Source of the DNA: Sphagnum compactum
Lineage: Eukaryota
Assembly (NCBI GenBank): GCA_965153455.1
Contig: OZ234494.1
Location: 9,176,001-9,240,000, forward strand
Direction of reading: 5' to 3'
DNA: 64,000 nucleotides
Part shown: positions 52,601 to 64,000 of the stretch, one piece after another
Numbering within the stretch: the stretch's first letter is position 1
Layout of the letters: every line of letters begins with the position of its first letter
Program-made: the position numbers and the translations under genes
The notes under the pieces: generated by a model
Databases searched by the model: none
The model's input: only the letters and a program-made list of their open reading frames with translations
What the model was told of the DNA's origin: nothing

Positions 52601-53648
52601 ATGCTGTTGAATACAATGATGAAAAGGGCAATTGCTTCTTCACTGACTTTCTAATTGTTGGTGAGAGCAAGCTGACTTTTGAGCTGGAAGGCGATAGCGG
52701 GAGCCTGATTTTGTTGGCAGAGGGTCAGCATGCTGGATCCAAGCTGCGACCGATAGGGATCATTTGGGGAGGCACTGCAAACCGGGGACGTTTGAAGCTT
52801 CGCAATGGGCATGGGCCAGAAAACTGGACAAGTGGTGTTGATCTGGGTCGTCTCCTAGACATGCTCCAGTTGGACATAATTACCACCAATGACAATTTAC
52901 AAGGTTAGCTCTACCTGTTCATCAGAGCTCAAAGGTGTTAAGTATTCTTCATGTCTGTGAATTGTGTTGAGAAATGGTGTAAATGGGAAGTAGTAGAGTA
53001 TGTTACAGGTTGTCATTGTGGTGATCTGTCATCCAAAATGGTGGTAGCATCAAGCTCCTTCCTCTTGAAATGGTTGTGTCAACAGTAGGGCCATATGCCC
53101 AATATTCTTGTGTGATGCACAGCTGGAAATGGGTTAACAGTGACAGTCTGTGTGTTGCAGAAGCTATGAAGGTGCAACAGTGGTGCATGGCTTCTGCAGC
53201 GGACCTGTTGCCATCTGATGATAGTGGAGGAATACCTGATGGAGATGCCCCTGAAGTCACTAAACTTCCTGTGGCTGCTAAGGACCTGCTGTCAGTGGCC
53301 TCATTTGACACCATTGCTCGACCACGTGCCAAAGTGAAACAAGGATCAGTGGCTCTTCTAGATTCCAATTTGCATAATATGAATGTGAGGACAGCAGGGT
53401 CATCAACCCCAATACGCATGGACAGCATTGATGAAGGCTATGACTTGTCTCTTGCAATCTCTGCACACTCAGCCCCAGCACAGACACAAGCAGAACCATC
53501 TTATTTCAAGAAGCGAGAGCTGGCCATGAAAGAGCCAGGTATGGAGCTGGAAGGAATTGTAGGTGGCGATCCAGGTGGGGTTGCTCGTGTTGCCAATAAT
53601 GATCTCTTTGAACCACAAATGAAAAGGAATCGACCCTCTGCTCCTTGA
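49699..53648 (+). CDS. NAL1: NARROW LEAF 1-like trypsin-family serine protease, 5 exons
   Basis: Exons 49699-50193, 50404-50547, 51178-51418, 52397-52903, 53161-53648. Conserved LMTIRAFHSK..R.YSLGTA, WCDVDVVEFSYYG, VASQETYGTLGA; triad motifs TNRHV, RADGAF, GDSGS; GIIWGGTANRGRLKL. Confidence 0.9.
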
Positions 53649-55072
53649 CTGTGTGCAGCTAGCAACATCACAGTTTTGAAAAAACCCAATGTTTTCTGAG
53701 AGACACAGGTGAGGAAAACTGTTCACTCACATACACACACTTACACTTTTGTCATTGTTACGGAACAGTGTACAGTCCTGATACTTCTTGTGTTCTCTTG
53801 TACAACAGATTTTAGAACATATCTGCTCCTTAATTTTGGTATTGAGTTACGTGGATTTTTTTTGAGACACAGGATTTTTTTTTTCCGTCGGACATGGGGA
53901 CATGTCCACTATGTTGGTGTTTTGAAATTTGCTGTGGTCATATCCTTGTAAGTGAAATTGAAGGAGACTTGTTCTGAAGACAAACACTTGGGTTCAGTGT
54001 TAACAGCAAGATATGTGATTATTTTTTGCCACCCATCATGTGTGCTTGTAGAAATTTTTCATGATGGCAATTGATGATACAGTACAAAGTAATGTGATTC
54101 CATTGGTGTTACTGTATTGCAGAAGGGTACGTGTACATGCATTTAATAAGCAATTAATGAATTTTGGGAGAAAAGAAAAAAAGGGAAAATGAGTGAATTA
54201 AAATAATATCCAACAATTCTCTTTTCATTCCAATTTGGGGGTCAGTCTCCTACTTCAGCAACAATAATCCCAAACAACAAGCATAGCAACAATAAACACT
54301 TGATTGTTGTGTGTGCATGTTTTCATATGAGTGTGATTTTGTTGCTTTTAATATTGTTGGGCATCAATTTATATTATTTTGTTTATTTTGTTTCAAGTTT
54401 CATACTTTTTTATATTTATGAGTATTTTTTTAAATTAGTTTCTTTCATATTCATATATATATATATATATAAACATTTTTAAATATCATTTTTGGTGTAT
54501 GGCTAGATTTAGGTTTTAATTTTTTTTTTTGCTATACTTTGTCTTAGGACATCCCAAAAAAAGTTTATAGAACACACCTTTTTCAATACCTATTGTGGAT
54601 GAAATGTGAAACCATTGATTCAAATTGATGAAACTTTTATACATAAATATATATTGGCAATTGTATTTTTAATTTCTTTCGGTGCCATTAGTAGGGAAAA
54701 CATAAAATAGTATTATCAAGCAGATAAATGTAAATATAATCTCCAACACGAAAGTACACATGCTAGGCATCACCAATTCCCAACATGAAATCATGTTTTC
54801 AAATTTTTTTTCCAACTATGCCAAATGAAATGGTTGGGGGAATTTCCAAAACAAAGGATTTAGTGTTTACATTTTCATGAAATAGAGTCAAATGTTTAAC
54901 TAAAACATAATATTAAAATTCCAATCATGACCAATAAAAAAAGAAAAGGAGAGTTGCCAAAAAGAGAATTTTAGTTTTGCATTTTTGTAAAACATAGAGA
55001 AGTATTTAATTTAAATGTAAAATTAAAATGCCAACCATGACCATTAAAAAAAAAACACAAACTGGTTCTAGT

Positions 55073-55244
55073 CAGGGTTTTTCCAAAAGAATTCATTATC
55101 TCGAAAATTTGTGTAATTTTTCCAAAATTAGAAAAAAAAATCATTTGAATTTACTCTAAAAGAAACAAAAATTTCCTTAAAGTTTCCGAATTGTTTTGTC
55201 AAAAAAAAAGGACAAATTTTGTTTGGGGGAAAAAAAAAGCCCTT
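55073..55244. mobile_element. Possible short hAT-type MITE
   Basis: Ends CAGGGTTTTT / AAAAAGCCCTT (imperfect TIR) with 8-bp flanks GTTCTAGT and GTTCAAGT. Confidence 0.35.
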
Positions 55245-56128
55245 GTTCAAGTTCTAGTCGACGCTGGTTCATGATTCATCCACGAAGGCAGGGATTTAGG
55301 GTTTGTAATGGTGCGTGATAGTGTGGGGTATGGATAATTTCATCCACGAAGACGTTGTGTTTGTCATTGTAATGTGACCACGACGATGGCGCTCAAGCTT
55401 TTGCCTACGACACTTGGTGTTTGCTCACGCAAGGGTTTGTCGCAGCGCCATCGCAGGATCAGCAAACGGATCGCTCCCGCGTGCACGAAGCCAAGGAGCG
55501 AATCCAGCGGCGTTGTGTGGAGCGAGGGACCGGTAGTTGGGAGACGAAAAGGAAACGGCAGAGAAGAAGAAGAAGAAGAAGAAGCTGGAAGCTATGTTTC
55601 CTTGATGACTTGATTGGAGACTCAAGGAGCAAGGAAGGCGCGCATCGTTGTCGTGGGTGGACGGCGCGTAGATTGTTGCCTATTTCTTGAGGCTCTGCAG
55701 CAGGGCTTTTTGTTTTTTTTCATACTGGAGAACTGCGAAGAATAGTAGGAGAGGGGTGTTGTTAGTGCGAAGAAATGTTGATATAGGTCAAGGGTTTCGG
55801 GGAGGGCGGAGGGGGGGGGGGGGGGGGGTGGGGGGTGATTCTGTGCAGTGGGTGGGAAGTTGAGTGTACCTATCTAGGAAAGAATTTGTACATCTCCCGT
55901 TGGAGAGGAGAAAGAACGAGGGGCAGGAACAAATTGGAGTGACAGGGTGGTCAGTGAGAGAAACTGAAGCTGCAAGGTTACCTATACAGGTCGCCGACTC
56001 TCCATTGAGGTCGACAGTCGACAACACGAGAAGCAAAGGTTGTGTGAACCAAGAGTTTCAGAAACCAGAGTTTTGCCGAACAGAGCCTCTGGTTTTGTTT
56101 TTTTTTTTTGGGAGTTTCTTAGGGTTTG

Positions 56129-61490
<5,362 letters not shown>

Positions 61491-63749
61491 TTTAGGCCAG
61501 TTTTGGGGTTGAAGGTGGGCCTTGTTGCCTATGTCCTCCCCTTAGTCTTTGTGTGATCTTCATCTGTTTTCAGCAAATTGTAGGGCTCTCTGTCTGGCAT
61601 ACAGTCCAGATGGGGGATTTGGATGATGTGTAAATCAATGCTTTTGTGTTCTATTCTGGCAGTCTTTTTTTCTTCCTCAGATGAGCCTTTTTCCTAGTTG
61701 TATTTTTGGTTTGTATTTTCTGTTTTTCACTGTGTAACTGGTTACATCTATTGCAATGTCCAATGCCTAGTAAGAAAGACAACTCCACAGTTGAAGCCTA
61801 CTGTAGAAGTTCTTGAAGTGGAAGTTTCTCAGTGAGTGGTTGAGAATGGAGGTAAAGGAGGGGAAAGGGAGTGATCATCCTTATTTGTCATAGTTTTCCT
61901 CAGCTAGTTTAGTGCTCAAAACTGTTTAGTATTCTCGATGATGGTTTGTGAAGTAGGTCATTATGCTTATGGACCTTATTGTTGTCCAACAATGAATGAA
62001 ACACGAGGTTGTTTTGGAGAATGGAGTCGTAGAGTTTCAGCCATGCAATTCGGGTTCAGAGCTTGTGTATTTTTCAAATTAGAAGAGTGTCCATGTTGAA
62101 GTTTCATTTCCAAGATTTTTTGTGGGAGAAAATTCAGCTGTTTCTGTAAGCTGTCATTGTTTCAGTTTGTCTGAACTGGAATGCACTTGTGTTTTTTCAG
62201 AACCATGATGTGAATGACTTCTTGCAGGGTCCTTGGGCATACTAATTTTTAAGTGGTAGGTGTAAGGCCCACAGATTGGAGTGTTACCAGAATAAGGTAC
62301 TGGCCCAAGGCAGTAGTCAAGGCAGTGCCGAATTCTGGTAATGCAACTGTCCAAGGGCCTTACTGTGTGGAATGACCACTCAGCCTCATAGCTGATGTGC
62401 AAAGAAAAACTGACAGGCCCTTACAAAAATGTAAGAGCCTGCCCAGAGTTATAACATAACCTCCTCTGTCAAGAGGGGATCTTACGGATTTAAGGCTCCC
62501 TCCTAATACACTGCGGAATCCCAGCAAGGTCATTATTTGTAGAAGAGACATGTCCTTCGGGTGTGCTGAGCACAAGATGGGTGGGCAATGTCTGGGCACC
62601 TTAGCGGCGTGCAGATGTCAGTTCTGGGAGGAGTTGAACTTTGAAAGAGTGAGCAAACTTGATGGAGCTGTATGTGGTTTTCACAACTTTCTCTGTGGAT
62701 TTGTGTATTTGGAGATGAGATGAATCATGGCTATAGATGAGTTTGGAATTGTAGTTTTCAAATCAGAGTGGCATGTTTGGGATAGGAACAGTGGGCAGCT
62801 ATGTGCCTGCTACTTTTCTCTGTATAAGGGGTATGGAGCTCTGCATCCATTGCTTGAGAGTCTGGATTTGCTGCCTGGTTGGTTCTGCACCAGCCATGGT
62901 GATTGGATTGTGGTGGTGTGGCACTTTTGGGACTGGTTCTCAGTAGATTAAAAAGTGGCACATTCATTAGGGATTTCTTCCACTGAAAGAAACATATAAT
63001 CATGTACCCTTTTTTTGGAGCACATGATCACATGTTTCTGTTGCAGATTCAGTCCGTTTATGCAGGGCATTTTTGTAAGGAGGTCACATGGAAGACAGCA
63101 ATATTGCAAAGGTTCGGTGTGACTTTGCATGGAGCAGTAAATTCCTGTCATGTAGCTGACTGAATTCTTGCCTTATGTCAATTTCCAAGTGGTGAAAGTA
63201 GTGTCCCATTTCCAAGTTACATTATATCTCTTCGTCTTTTGACTGATTGCATAATGTAGTCAAGTGCAGTGATACCTTTGTATGTACACAGGCAACTGTG
63301 GTGTTGGAAGCTTGCTGTTGGAGTGTGGTTTGAGAAGACAGAGTTTGGATCCACCTACTTTTTGCGAGTCTTTGTTCCTTTTTTCTTACCTGCTTTTGCC
63401 TTGTTAGATGGTTGTATGTGCTGCCTGACCTGCAAATGCAAAGGAGAAACGGAACTCTTGAGGACCATGAATATGTTTCCACAGCATGCCTGCTGAAAGG
63501 AGATCACAAATCAAAGCTTCTGCTGGTATGTGACAAGATTTCTCAACCAAGGAAAATCTAGGATTGGAGCAGCACAGCTATTGCTTGACAAAAAAATCAC
63601 TATTACTGCAAAGATGAAGATGTGCCTTATTTAGTAATTGATTCCCAACATTCTGATTCTGCAGAGTTGATTCTCTGCAGATGAACTGAAATATACCTTT
63701 TTTCAGAATGTTCTGTGAGAGGAATGTGTTTCAACTGAAGGAGTGTTAC

Positions 63750-64000
63750 CTCAGCAAGTGCAACTTCTGCGTATGCAAGTTCACTTCGCAAGGATGAGAT
63801 AGTCTGTTGGAGTTCTTCATTTTTGATGCAGACCTCTGCTGCCTGGGTGGCTGTTGAACTAGTGTACCTCGCACTTCCGCGGAGTTCAGACCACTGAGGA
63901 CGTGGAGTCAAGTTATGTGATTGTCTCTCCACCCTCGCTATTTGCATGAGTTTGCTCTCCAAATCCAAGATTTTTTTCTTCGCTTTGTCAAACTCGTCCT
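63750..64000 (-). CDS. Internal exon of a coiled-coil protein, TSNAXIP1-like (partial gene continuing beyond the window)
   Basis: Open frame DEFDKAKKKILDLESKLMQIARVERQSHNLTPRPQWSELR...EVALAE ending at donor GAG|GTAAC. The TPRP.W motif after a coiled coil recalls translin-associated factor X-interacting protein 1. Downstream exons towards ~62154 are uncertain. Confidence 0.5.

Overview
Eukaryotic land-plant genomic DNA with spliceosomal genes and AT-rich transposon-derived intergenic blocks. A bryophyte such as a peat moss is my inference from gene content and repeat style, not something the sequence proves. Left to right: a Tourist-like MITE; an ORF1-only LINE relic; an AT-rich degenerate tandem array; UPF3 (minus strand, with two GC-AG introns, upstream ORFs and a 3'UTR intron donor); about 10 kb of decayed repeats (possible CACTA relic, gypsy RT relic); a full-length, stop-codon-interrupted Ty3/gypsy LTR retrotransposon (26030-34253); PI4-kinase alpha; a NAL1-like trypsin-family protease; casein kinase 1; and one exon of a TSNAXIP1-like coiled-coil gene at the right edge. 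The most unusual object is the LTR element. Its 5' LTR runs straight into the PBS with no terminal CA. The missing terminus (TTACA) sits instead between the PPT and the 3' LTR as part of a perfect palindrome, TTACATATGTAA. This is the layout expected if a DDE integrase cut a 2-LTR circle junction rather than linear cDNA ends. The element also has a 4-bp TSD, a U5 end complementary to the PPT, and an extra ORF with an internal duplication upstream of gag. Exon boundaries and protein identities were derived by eye and need alignment and RNA-seq confirmation.
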